A DNA stretch of 63,078 nt, filler included, from Chiloscyllium plagiosum (taxonomy: Eukaryota): the NCBI RefSeq assembly GCF_004010195.1. It is 3 parts of one record of this genome, joined end to end, with 100 filler letters (N's around TTAATTAATTAA, not from the genome) between each part and the next. Parts side by side here need not be neighbours in the genome. Positions count along the whole stretch, not along the records: positions 22,273 to 37,788 come from NC_057712.1; 2 more parts are not named here. One strand, given 5' to 3'. Every line of letters begins with the position of its first letter. The stretch's first letter is position 1. The notes beneath the pieces are model-generated. The model was given only the letters and a program-made list of their open reading frames with translations. It made no database searches and was not told the DNA's origin. The translations under genes and the position numbers were made by a program. Shown here in pieces: positions 25,701 through 36,589 of the stretch.

Positions 25701-26659
25701 CCAAATAACCTGGGTGAATTCTGTCAAGGACTGAAGAAGCGATCTGGCCGCAGCCAAGAGGTAAGAGAGGGAGGGCTTTTCCCACCTTGGTTCATCTCTC
25801 TCCCTTGGCTGACCGCTGCGATCTCTCATCCCTTGCAGAGGACACTAGCAGGTGAGGGTTTCCAATTCAAAATTCTAAATATTCTTCAGTGGACTGTGAT
25901 TGAGCGGAGTGGATTAGGGATCAAAGAAATTCGCGCTGGGATTTTTTTTAGTTTTTTTGAAGTTTTTAAGAAATCAGAGAGCTTTTACTTTTCAGCTTGT
26001 GTCCGTATCTCTGATTGTTTTTGGTACCAGGAATACCAAAGGCCTTAGATAAAACTGAGAATAATTCACCGTTAACCTTTATGTGTTCTAACTTTCCAGA
26101 GCATGAGTGGAACTTGGGTCAGTTGTCAATAGCATGGCATAATAAATTGGACAAAGACGCCTGGCCACTGGAGGGCACCTGGGACATAGAAAGTTCCAAA
26201 TACACCGAAAAACAAATTTGGTTGAAAAATACTGGTCCTAAATGGAAAACTGGGTGCAGGAATCCATTAGGCACCACGAGAACTCACGATTGATGAGTTG
26301 GACGGATAATGCTCGAAAAAGAAATATATCAGAATAGTCAAACGGTAAACTCAAAGATTGGGAAACATTGAAATTTGAGTGTGCACGCTGCAGGATTCGA
26401 AAAATCAGATCTGAGAGAAAGCAGCTGAGAAACGAACAGTTAAACAGCAGGCAAAATGGGATAATAAGGACACATCAAAGGGAGATCCCCCCAAGTTCAT
26501 TTGGCATGCCAGTCTTTCCTGGTTCAAGTGGTACAGATCTTTAACAAGCCCCTCTCCTCCTCCCCCACCCCCACTCCCAGCCCCAGCCCCGACCCTACCT
26601 TCCACGTCTGCTTCAGCTGTCATACAACCTCCACTCCCGGCACCTTCCCTTGCAACCCA

Positions 26660-27346
26660 CCAACCCAACCTCCACTCCCGGCACCTTCCCTTGCAAGACT
26701 CCCTTGTCAGATCCATACCCCCCACCAACCCAACCTCCACTCCCGGCACCTTCCCTTGCAAGACTCCCTTGTCAGATCCATACCCCCCACCAACCCAACC
26801 TCCACTCCCGGCACCTTCCCTTGCAAGACTCCCTTGTCAGATCCATACCCCCCACCAACCCAACCTCCACTCCCGGCACCTTCCCTTGCAAGACTCCCTT
26901 GTCAGATCCATACCCCCCACCAACCCAACCTCCACTCCCGGCACCTTCCCTTGCAAGACTCCCTTGTCAGATCCATACCCCCCACCAACCCAACCTCCAC
27001 TCCCGGCACCTTCCCTTGCAAGACTCCCTTGTCAGATCCATACCCCCCACCAACCCAACCTCCACTCCCGGCACCTTCCCTTGCAAGACTCCCTTGTCAG
27101 ATCCATACCCCCCACCAACCCAACCTCTACTCCCGGCACCTTCCCTTGCAAGACTCCCTTGTCAGATCCATACCCCCCACCAACCCAACCTCCACTCCCG
27201 GCACCTTCCCTTGCAAGACTCCCTTGTCAGATCCATACCCCCCACCAACCCAACCTCTACTCCCGGCACCTTCCCTTGCAAGACTCCCTTGTCAGATCCA
27301 TACCCCCCACCAACCCAACCTCCACTCCCGGCACCTTCCCTTGCAA
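26660..27346. repeat. 65-bp tandem repeat, ~10.5 near-identical copies
   Basis: CCCTTGTCAG recurs at 26701, 26766, 26831 ... 27286. Confidence 0.95.
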
Positions 27347-27775
27347 TCAACACGGACATCTACTACAAACCGACCGACTCCCACAGCTACCTGGACTACA
27401 CCTCCTCCCACCCCGCCCCCTGTAAAAACGCCATCCCATTCTCCCAATTCCTTCGTCTCAGCCGCATCTGCTCCCAGGAGGACCAGTTCAAAATACGCAC
27501 AACACAGACGGCCTCCTTCTTCAAGGACCGCAATTTCCCCCACGACGTGANNNNNNNNNNNNNNNNNNNNNNNNNNNNNNNNNNNNNNNNNNNNNNNNNN
27601 NNNNNNNNNNNNNNNNNNNNNNNNNNNNNNNNNNNNNNNNNNNNNNNNNNNNNNNNNNNNNNNNNNNNNNNNNNNNNNNNNNNNNNNNNNNNNNNNNNNN
27701 NNNNNNNNNNNNNNNNNNNNNNNNNNNNNNNNNNNNNNNNNNNNNNNNNNNNNNNNNNNNNNNNNNTCTCTGCTC

Positions 27776-27811
27776 ATTCCTGAAGAAGGGCATGTGCCCG
27801 AAACGTCGAAT
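27776..27811 (+). ncRNA. Minimal type I hammerhead ribozyme motif
   Basis: ATTC-CTGAAGA-A-GGGC(ATGT)GCCC-GAAAC-GTC-GAAT: perfect stem I (ATTC/GAAT), stem II and core. Confidence 0.78.
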
Positions 27812-27943
27812 CTTCTGTTCCCTAGATGCTGCCTGACCTGCTGTGCTGTTCCAGCAATAAAGTTTCAGCTTTGATCTCCAGCGTCTGCAGACCTCACTTT
27901 CTCCTCAGCTGTCATACAGCCTGTTGCACACAGCACTAGATCT

Positions 27944-28154
27944 ATCACTGTATTCTAACAGATGAAAGGCTTAACAGAGAATCAATTCTTCAATGTATAA
28001 TTTCAGTTACATCACACTGCAAATTTTTGCTATAAATTCTGTGTTACGATCGAGCCCTCCACAATCACCTGATGAAGGAGTATCGCTCCAAAAGCTAGTG
28101 TGCTTCCAATTAAACCTGTTGGACTATAACCTGGTGTTGTGTGATTTTTAACTT
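27944..28154 (+). mobile_element. Short Penelope 3' fragment
   Basis: 12-bp TSD AGCACTAGATCT (27932-27943, 28155-28166); CTGATGA core at ~28069. Confidence 0.75.
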
Positions 28155-28938
28155 AGCACTAGATCTTATATTGACCCGTCATCGGAACCACAGCCCAGCG
28201 CCTCCTTAGATAACTCCCTTTACAGTATTTCTCTTCAGCCTGCAGTTGAAGAATCCCTCCCTTTGCCACCAATCCCTGCCAATTATCCACTTTGGTCGGT
28301 TTCAAATCCACGAGCTGCTGTTAATAATCAGGCAGAACCATTCATTCAGGTCTGGCAGACCTTGAGCCCCCATGAGTTGTGTTTAATAACGTCCCACAAA
28401 GATGACTCTGAAGGGTTTCTCAATTATGGAAGATGCACTGCAACTATGTATCGTGCTACTTACATGGGACCAATACTCCCTTATTTATAGCTCCCTTCCC
28501 CCTGATCTGGGTGAAAGATGGAAGGCTGAATTGGGTGTAAATGGGGACACATGGGATACATTTAGGAATGCGCACCAAGATGAGGATGATTAGTGCACAC
28601 TGATGTTCACGCCATTACAGCGTGCACTCCCGTAAGCTGTAGATCTTTCTAAATTTCCTGACTGTAAACCCACCCGGAAAGCGGAAGCCTCTGCATTTTG
28701 TAACCATTTCTGTGCCCTCTCTTCTGGGGATACGGCTTTTACTGAAGGAGGACAGTCCTCCCAGTTTAATGCAATGCTGCTGCAGGTTTTGCCTGACAGG
28801 GCAGCATCTTCTATAAAAACCAATAATATGGATTGGTCAGATCGTAGTAAAGCCCAGGTGTGAGGTGCGGGGTCTCACTACTGGGGCAATGGCCACGTGC
28901 TGGGTCTTGACACTGTACCCTGCATCAAGTAGAAGTTG

Positions 28939-29251
28939 ATTAGATTCCCTACAGTGTGGAAACAGGCCCTTCAGCTCAACCAGTCCACACCGACCCTCCA
29001 AAGAGTAACCCACCCAGACCCATTTCCCATCTGACTAATGCACCTAACACTATGGGCAATTTAGCATGGCCAATTCACCTGACCTGCACATCTTTGGACT
29101 GTGGGTGGAAACTGGAGCACCCGGAGGAAACCCACACAGACACGGGGAGAATGTGTAAACTCCACACAGAAAGTCGCCCAAGGCAGGAATTGAACCTGGG
29201 TCCCTGGTGCTGTGCTGCAGCAGTGCTAACCACTGAGCCACCCTGCTGTCC
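28939..29251 (-). mobile_element. HE1-type V-SINE inside the ERV
   Basis: Same family as 17240-17552. Confidence 0.9.
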
Positions 29252-29529
29252 ATAGTTTGTACAGAGATCTGCTCGCGCCGTTCTCTTAGGCACACGATGC
29301 AATGAGGTCACCAGAACATTTCCTAATGACCACTGCACTTCACCACAAGGGTCCCCTTTCCATAATGCCTGTTTCAACTGTGGGTGGGTGGGCTACTATG
29401 CCAGGGATTGACCATTACCCTACAAATGAGGGCAGGATTCTCGCCATAAACACACATCCTTCACTACCCCTAACCCTTCTGACTATCCCAGGCAAACTAT
29501 GCTGTCCTCTGATGAGACCACACAGACAA

Positions 29530-29755
29530 GCATACAGCAATACTTCACACTGAAGGTGTCCCTCTTCCCTTTCTGATTGACACTGGTGTGATTCACTCTA
29601 CCCTAACCTGGTCCTTGATTCAAAGATATAATTTTCCCCTCTCTGATGAACATGCGGAAATGTCTGGTTTGATAGGTGAATCTGCTGGTTCCCCACTCAC
29701 ACAACCACTTACTGTCCAAGTTGAAGGCCGTAGCTGCTCTATTCCGTTTGCTGTT
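29530..29755 (+). pseudogene. ERV aspartic protease remnant
   Basis: EGVPLPFLIDTGVIHSTL, with the DTG catalytic motif at 29579-29587. Confidence 0.85.
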
Positions 29756-29756
29756 A

Positions 29757-30312
29757 TAGAATCATAGAGTCATAGAGGTGTACAGCACGGAAACAGACCC
29801 TTTGGTCCAACCCATCCATGCCAACCATATATCCCAATCCAATCTAATCCCATCTGCCAGCACCCGGCCCATCTCCCTCCAAATCCTTCCTATTCATATA
29901 CCCATCCAAATGGCTCTTAAATGTTGCAATTGTACCAGCCTCCACCACTTCCTCTGGCAGCTCATTCCATACACGTACCACCCTCTGTGTGAAAATGTTG
30001 CCCTGTAGGTCTCTTTTATATCTTTCCCCTCTCACCCTAAACCTATGCCCTCCAGTTCTGGACTCCCTGAACCTGGGGAAAAGACTTTGCTTATTTATCC
30101 TATCCGTTCCCCTCATAATTTTGACCTCTATAAGGTCACCCCTCAGCCTCCGATGCTCCAGGGAACACAGCCCCAGCCTATTCAACCTCTCCCTATATCT
30201 CAAATCTCCCAACCCTGGCAGCATCCTTGTAAATCATTTCTGAACCCTTTCAAGTTTCACAACATCTTTCTAATAGGAAGGAGTCCAGAATTGCACGCAA
30301 TATTCCAACAGA
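29757..30312 (-). mobile_element. CR1 LINE 3' fragment inside the ERV
   Basis: MLPGLGDLRYRERLNRLGL...[13 protein letters not shown]. Confidence 0.88.
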
Positions 30313-30483
30313 GTGCCTAAACCTAAGATATCAACCTGGCTGTTTGGGGTTTACTCTGCCCTTTACAGGTAGAGGTTATTTGCCTTAATGGGGCCAATTG
30401 ATTTTAGTACCTCTGACTTCACCACCCCCGCCCCTTTAGATTTCCTGATCACACAGGCTTCTCTGTTCAGATGCAGGATATTT

Positions 30484-30642
30484 AGATTAGATTAGATTCC
30501 CTACAGTGTGGAAACAGGCCCTTCAGCCCAACCAGTCCACACCGACCCTCCGAAGAATAACCCAGCCAGACCTTTGACTAATGCACCTAACACTATGGGC
30601 AATTTAGCCTGGCCAATTCACCTGACCTGCATATCTTTGGAC
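30484..30642 (-). mobile_element. Truncated HE1 SINE inside the ERV
   Basis: (GATTA)n tail and 3' half of the SINE. Confidence 0.8.
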
Positions 30643-30644
30643 AA

Positions 30645-30834
30645 GTAGTCCTTGGGACTCCTCGGACTGTGACATTTATTGGCCTCACTGAGGGACGGGG
30701 GGGGGGGGGGGGCTCTGCCTTCCTTGTAGAGGTGCCCTAACATCTCTGGCACCAACCAGGACTCGTGGCCCCTCATGTCACTCTCACTGTTCATGAGGAC
30801 TATAGTGCCAAATTGCGAGGATGTTTAGCAAGGC
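30645..30834 (+). pseudogene. Putative 2H phosphoesterase-like domain remnant in pol
   Basis: FIGLTEG..G..SAFLVEVP...PHVTLTVHEDYSAKL; HxT motif at 30771-30785, between PR and RT. Confidence 0.5.
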
Positions 30835-30987
30835 AAAAGTGAGGACTGCAGATGCTGGAAACCAGAGTCTAGATTAGAGTGGTGCTGGAAAAGCACAGCA
30901 GGTCAGGCAGTATCCGAGGAGCAGGAAAGTCGATGAAGGGCTTTTGCCTGAAACGGTGATTTTCCTGCTCCTCGGATGCTCCTGATC

Positions 30988-32415
30988 AGCAGAGTCTGTT
31001 GCAATAGCACCGCCAGACACCGTCTGGGGAAACATAACGTATGGAGGTCAGGATTGTCAAATGGGAGGTCAGCCAAATCCGGGTGATGTACAGTCAGGAA
31101 ATTACTCCGAAGCAAACAGTCATGGGGTGGGCGGGTCAGGGGGTTGCCCGGGGAGCGTAGCAGGATTCAAAATGGAGAGTAGCGAAATGAGAGGGAAAGG
31201 TTCTGCAACAGGTGAGATCTCATAGCGGCTCAGACGAGCTTGGGTGAGGTGTTGGGTCTGCTGAGATGTGGGGAGGTTGACAGCAGAGTGCGAGGTGCAC
31301 AGCTGTACGGGCTGGTGAAGGGTCAGATTAGAAGATACCCATGCTAACAGGTGGACAGCAGTTAGGATTTGGGTGTGTGGAGGGAGGCCACAGGCAACAG
31401 GATCCAATTTAGTGGAATAATAGGCCACAGGGAGACGACGGTCACCATGCTGCTGAGTTAGGACACCAGTGGCACAGTCGTCTATCACACTAACATACAA
31501 CTGAAAGGGTCTGTCATACAGCAGGCGGCCTAGCGCTGGGGCTGCAATTCAGACGTTTTTGAGAGCAAACACTGACTGCATGGCTGATTGGGCCAGTTGA
31601 AATTTAAGGGGAGCATTAGGGAAGGAATAAAGAGTAAGGTCTTTGCTATAGGTTGTAACGTTTGTAAGCCACTGCCTACAAATATTGACCAGCCCTAAAA
31701 AGGCTCTCATCCATTTGGGTGAGCTGAGGGTGGGGTTTGTAAGATGGGGATAATCCACTCCTGAATAAGGGAATGGTCAGAGGCATTGATTAACACACCC
31801 AAAACTTCAACTTGTGATTGACCCTCCTGAACCGTTGTGGCTGGGATCACATATCCCCATGAATGGAGGCATGTAAGTAGGTAAACTGTGTCCTGTTGGT
31901 TATTAACCAAATCAGTGCTAACAAGGAGTCAGTCATCCACATATTGAATGATAATGGATCCTCCAGGTGGCGTTAGTGAGGCCAACTAGGAATGCAGTAC
32001 TTGTGAAAAGAGGGGAGGAGAATGAATGAAACCCAGTGGGAGCCGTGTCCAAGTGTACTGTCTGCATTTAAATGTGAAGGCAGACAAATACTGAGAGTCT
32101 GGGGCGAGGGGAATTGCAAAAAAAGGTGAACTGCAAGTCAACTAGAGTGAAAATACAAGCTTCATGCGGGATGCTACTAAGAATTGTAGCTGGGTTGGGC
32201 ACAATGCGATGCAAAGATTCCACAATCTGGTTGATACGGCAGAGGTCTTGGGCAAATGCCACTCAGATGGCCTTCCGATTTTCGGGACCGGGAGGATCAG
32301 GGTGTTGCAAAGTGACCAGCATGGAACTAAAATTCCCCGTGTAAGGAAAGACTGGACCATGTCAGAGAATCCTTGCTCTGCCTCTGGACGTAGGTGAATG
32401 TTTGGCAAACTGGCC
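30988..32415 (-). pseudogene. ERV reverse transcriptase/tether/RNase H start, inverted relative to the provirus
   Basis: LRPEAEQG, CNTLILPVPK, QDLCRIN, VPNPATILS, QYTWTRLPLGF, IIIQYVDD, GVLTQQHG..PVAYYSTKLDPVACGLP, HDC...PDLADLPFDNPD. Confidence 0.9.
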
Positions 32416-32419
32416 TACT

Positions 32420-33537
32420 TGGGAATTGCATGGAAATACCTGTTTACACATGTCATATATGTATACTGAGAAACCGGATATAAGTAAGTGTTGGGTTCAT
32501 ACACATATCCCCATCCATTCAAGGGAGGGAATATCTCTTCACCCCTCCCTTTCTGTATATCAGAAACAGTTGAGCGGGTGTTACAACGGAATCACACAGG
32601 GCTTAAGGGGGAAATGAGGGTATGGGAATCGGCAGGTTCCCTGTAGTGACTACATTTTCTACATGGTACCAGCCTGGATATATTCACAAATCAGTTCCTC
32701 CTTCCCTTACGGTCCATTTGAATAACGCTACAGGGTCCCTATGCTTTCGGAAATTAGGACAAGGAATGCTTATGGGGCAAAGCAAATGTAATCTCACATT
32801 TGACTGGCAAGGCCCAGTAGTCAACATTTCAAGAAATGGGATGTTTAACTGTGATTGGTCCAGAATATGGTGTATTACATCTGATGGACCGATTCCACCA
32901 TGCAGCCTTGGATGACAATGGCTGACGATTTTACAGCTTATAAAGACACATACTTCATATGTGGCACCAAAGCGTACCCTTGTCTTCTGCCAACTGGACA
33001 GGATCCTGCGATCTAGGTTATGTTGTACCCTACATGCATCACCTCACCTCCCTCAATCATGAGCATCCATGAACTATGAGAGCCATTACTGGGCTAGACC
33101 AGTTCCTCATGTTGTCTTTTCTGTTGTACGGAACAGGACGGGTATCCAGTGAATTGGCTCACACGGCCTCAGCACTGAACATCTGGCCAATGAGGCAGCT
33201 TTAAAAGCCAAAGCAACTGGACAAGCACTGACTGAGGTCTCAGCTGAGCCAATGGATGTCTGGACAGTGGCACTGCAGAATTGACTAGCTTTGGGTTAAC
33301 TGCTCACCTTGCAAAGGGGGAGCATGTGCTGTTGTGGGTCAGGAACTTACATTCCAGATTCCTCTGAAAATATTGCCGACCCTAGTTGAACATATTAAGC
33401 AACATGCTGACCACATACAAGACATTGGCAAGTCCATGATTATAGCCCACAGAGTTGGTTGGGTCACAGAATGTTTGATTGGATCTTTAAAGCCTTTTTG
33501 CTCATAGTACTGTTGCTAGCAGGAATAGGGTTACTTG
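32420..33537 (+). pseudogene. ERV env remnant (gamma-type SU and TM)
   Basis: SKCWVHTHIP (decayed CWVC), YFICGTKAY..NWTGSCDLGY, RAITG cleavage region, immunosuppressive domain TVALQN*LALG*LL...GACAVVG at ~33265-33340. Confidence 0.87.
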
Positions 33538-34148
33538 TATCACAAAGCTGAACCCTTTTTTCTAAAAGCTGTTCCTTTTCTCAGGGATACTGTGTCCTTG
33601 TTTTTTTTTTAGAAGGGTCACAAACATCTCCCGGCTCCAATTAGGCTGGTTTAGTACACAGATTGAATGGCATTGAGAGGCCTTTTTGTTTATTTGTAAA
33701 CAGATGAGCCTTCAGGCTGAAGTGGTCATGTTTTAGAAGAGACCTGTATAATGGAAGGGGAGTGGTCAGTTCTCTAGTTAGGTATTCAGCTGTGGAAACA
33801 GGCTCTGTCTCTCTTTCTGCTGTTCTAACTTCAACCTGTAAGCATTTGTTCCATTTTTAAAAATGGTTTTTAAGGAGGTTTGCTTATTGGGACTGTTGTG
33901 TATATTCGGAGTGGTATAATTAAGTCTAATTTGGATAGAATGAGTTTTGTAGGAGTTCTTTATCCTGTTCTTTGTGTTTCATTGTGTAATTTTGTGAATA
34001 AATTTTTGTCTGTTTTAAAACCAGGTTGTCAACCTAGCTACCTCACTCTGGGTAATTTTCACTGTACACTTAGTGAAACAAATTGCAAAGTTACAGTCTG
34101 GGCTGCCTGCATAAGAATGCTTTGAGTGGTCTGGCCGGGTCCATATCA
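33538..34148 (+). mobile_element. Solo LTR (Gypsy-like) inserted at the end of env
   Basis: 4-bp TSD CTTG (33534-33537, 34149-34152); TA(<TG)...CA ends; AATAAA at ~33997. Confidence 0.72.
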
Positions 34149-34156
34149 CTTGCCTG

Positions 34157-34446
34157 ATTAGACTCCCTACAGTGTGGAAACCGGTCCTTCGGCCCAACAA
34201 GTCCACACCGACCCTCTGAAGAGTAACCTATCTCCAAGTAATGCACCTAGCACTATGGGTAACTTAGCATGTCCAATTCACCTGATCTGCACATCTTTGG
34301 ATTGTGGGAGAAAACTGGAGCACCTGGAGGAAACCCACACAGACACGGGGAGAATGTGCAAACTCCACACAGACAGTTACCTGAGGCTGGAATCGAACCT
34401 GGGACCCTGATGCTGTGAGGCAGCAGTGCTAACCACTGAACCACCC
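34157..34446 (-). mobile_element. HE1-type V-SINE inside the ERV
   Basis: A/B boxes and V domain. Confidence 0.88.
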
Positions 34447-34534
34447 TAAAATAGTCAACAGGTTATGCCATTGCTTCCCCTTAAAGAGAGAGACAGCAAT
34501 CAGTAAACAGCCAACTCCCAGCAGTAAGCTATAG

Positions 34535-34607
34535 CACCCCAGGTGGGACTTGAACCCACAATCCCTGGCTCCGGAGGCCAGTGCCTTATCCATTAGGCCA
34601 CTGGGGC
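34535..34607 (-). tRNA. tRNA-Arg (anticodon CCG)
   Basis: GCCCCAGTGGCCTAATGGATAAGGCACTGGCCTCCGGAGCCAGGGATTGTGGGTTCAAGTCCCACCTGGGGTG: 73 nt, all four stems paired, intact A/B boxes, anticodon at 34574-34572, no encoded CCA, first T4 run ~85 bp downstream (34448-34451). Confidence 0.93.
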
Positions 34608-34681
34608 TGCAGCTACTTATACTCAATGCATTTCCAATCAGATTTTCAAAATGCCTATATAATTGATTGTCATGATACGAC

Positions 34682-34693
34682 AAAAGGGGGAAA
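34682..34693 (+). promoter_or_regulatory. ERV polypurine tract
   Basis: AAAAGGGGGAAA immediately before the TG of the 3' LTR. Confidence 0.9.
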
Positions 34694-35218
34694 TGTAGTA
34701 TTGTAGGCATCAGTTAACATTGCATGATGGGAAAAAAATGGTCAATTCTCGAGTTATAACTCAGTAAGTTAAAAGACAAAAGGTCAGAAACAGCTTTCAG
34801 AACCAGGCTGAATGTAAACACATTCCATAAGTTTGATAAAACTTCAGTCATCTTTCACACGGCTCCTTGTATATTTTGAACTGCAGATCTCAGCCTAAAC
34901 AAAAGGTCTGTATAATAGAAACAGAGTTATGAAATGACACAAATGATTAATATTTTTTAAAGACTAAGGTTCAGTGTTACAGGTGAAACACATTTCATGA
35001 TAATCTGTAATTGCTCAGTATATTTTAATGTATATAATGTGCTCCTTTCCTTTTGGAAGGGAAACAGGGAACGGATTGGAACCCTCCTCTTCCCAAGGTT
35101 CTGCCAAATTTCTGTGTATTTGCAATAAAGGTTGATCATTGTCAGTTCAATTGATTTTTGAGTATTGTTGATTTATTTTGCTCTCACGGATCCCCGCTAA
35201 TTAAATTCTGACACGACA
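34694..35218 (+). mobile_element. ERV 3' LTR
   Basis: TGTAGTATTG...TGACACGACA followed by CGTG; AATAAA at 35124-35129. Confidence 0.92.
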
Positions 35219-35809
35219 CGTGGATATTGTGGGAATGAAGATGTCAATAAACATTTACTGCAATAGTTATAGAAAAATATTGCATCCACAGGCACATAAG
35301 TGTCTGGGCTAACATTAACCTATTAGATTAGCACAGAGCAGCTTGGTTCCAATAGCATGTCAAATTTCAAGTGATCGCAGGGTAAGATGGAATCTGAGAC
35401 CTTTCTATCCACAGGTCACATGTTATCATGCAGTCATGACATACTGAACATGTCTTTTAAAGGTACACTAACATACTGATTATGATACATTCAATACATT
35501 AACCCCTTGCTCCCGAGTGTAGTTGTTAGAGAGTGAAGTGACGGAGTAAAGTGTTGGTCCCTTTGCTTAACTATTCAAGCAAGCTAATCTGGTGAGGCTG
35601 AGGTGTTTTTCTTTGAAGGATGTCCATAGCTCAATTGTCCCCAGTTCTTGGTGTTTATTGTCCTGGGGGGAAGCAGTCAACAGCCCAGGGATTAAGTGGG
35701 AGAAGCTAAACAACAGCCCAAGGTTGGTGGGGTGGGGGGGGGGGGGGGTGGGGGGGCAATACTGGGAGACAGGACAAGATCACAGTGACAATTTACTTGT
35801 GAAGAATCA

Positions 35810-36528
35810 AATGTTGAGACCTTGGAGTGCAGGTTCATAGCTCCTTGAAAGTGGAGTCACAGATGGACAGGATAGAGAAGAAGGTGATTGGTACACTTGG
35901 CTTTATTGGTCAGAGCATTGAATATAGGAGATGGGAGATCATGCTGCAGCTATACAGGACATTGGTTAGGCCACTTTTGGAAGTTAGTATTAAATTCTAG
36001 TCTCTCTGCTATAGGAAAGGTGCTGTGAAACTTGAAACGGTTTAGAAAAGATTTACAAGGATGTTGCCAGGGTTGGAGCATTTGAGCTATAGGGAGGGGG
36101 CTGAACTGGCTGGAGCTGTTTTCCCTGGAGCATTGGAGGCTGAGGGGTGACCTTATAGAGATTTATAAAATCATGAGGAGCAGAGATAGGGTGAATAGCA
36201 AGATCTTTCTCCAAGGGTAAAGGAGTCTAGAACTACAGAGCATAGGTTTAAGGTGAGAGGGGAAAGATATAAATGGGACCCATGGGGCAACTTTTTCACT
36301 TAGAATATGGTGCGTGTATGGAACGAGCTGCCACAGGAACTGATAGAGGCTGGTACAATTACAACATTTAAAAGGCATCTGAATGGGTATATGAATAGGA
36401 AGAGTTTAGACAGATATGGGCCAAGTGCTGGCACATGGGACTAGATTAATTTAGGACATCCAGTCAGCATGGACGAGTTGGACCAAAGGGTCTGTTTCTA
36501 TGCTGAACATCTCTACAACTCTATGACT
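35810..36528 (+). mobile_element. CR1 LINE 3' fragment
   Basis: RDLGVQVHSSLKV...WNELP motifs and CTATGACT tail. Confidence 0.85.
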
Positions 36529-36589
36529 GTTAGTGGGAGCTTCAGATAGGATTTAATTTTGGGTCTGTTACTTGTGGAGGACTTAGCAC

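Larger units (their letters stand above)
26627..27904 (+). mobile_element. Penelope-like element inserted in gag, with amplified 65-bp repeat
   Basis: 14-bp TSD TCAGCTGTCATACA (26613-26626, 27905-27918); INTDIYYKPTDSHSYLDYTSSHP...IPFSQFLRLSRICS RT thumb motif. Confidence 0.88.
26025..29480 (+). pseudogene. ERV gag remnant (MA, CA, NC), interrupted by insertions
   Basis: MA motif AWPLEGTWD (~26158-26185); CA-like segment 28340-28860; degenerate zinc knuckle CFNCGWVGYYARD*P at 29370-29414. Confidence 0.85.
25092..35218 (+). mobile_element. Endogenous retrovirus provirus (epsilon/gamma-like), degenerate
   Basis: Two homologous TG...CA LTRs, 4-bp TSD CGTG (25088-25091, 35219-35222), PBS, PPT, and gag/pro/RT/env remnants. 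Confidence 0.93.

Noticed and set aside
26660..27346. CRISPR-like array (also the 21-, 29- and 33-bp arrays)
   Set aside because: Head-to-tail units with no unique spacers, no cas genes, and a eukaryotic context.
26501..27783. 244-377 aa proline-rich ORFs
   Set aside because: Artefact of a stop-free 65-bp tandem repeat and an adjacent N gap.
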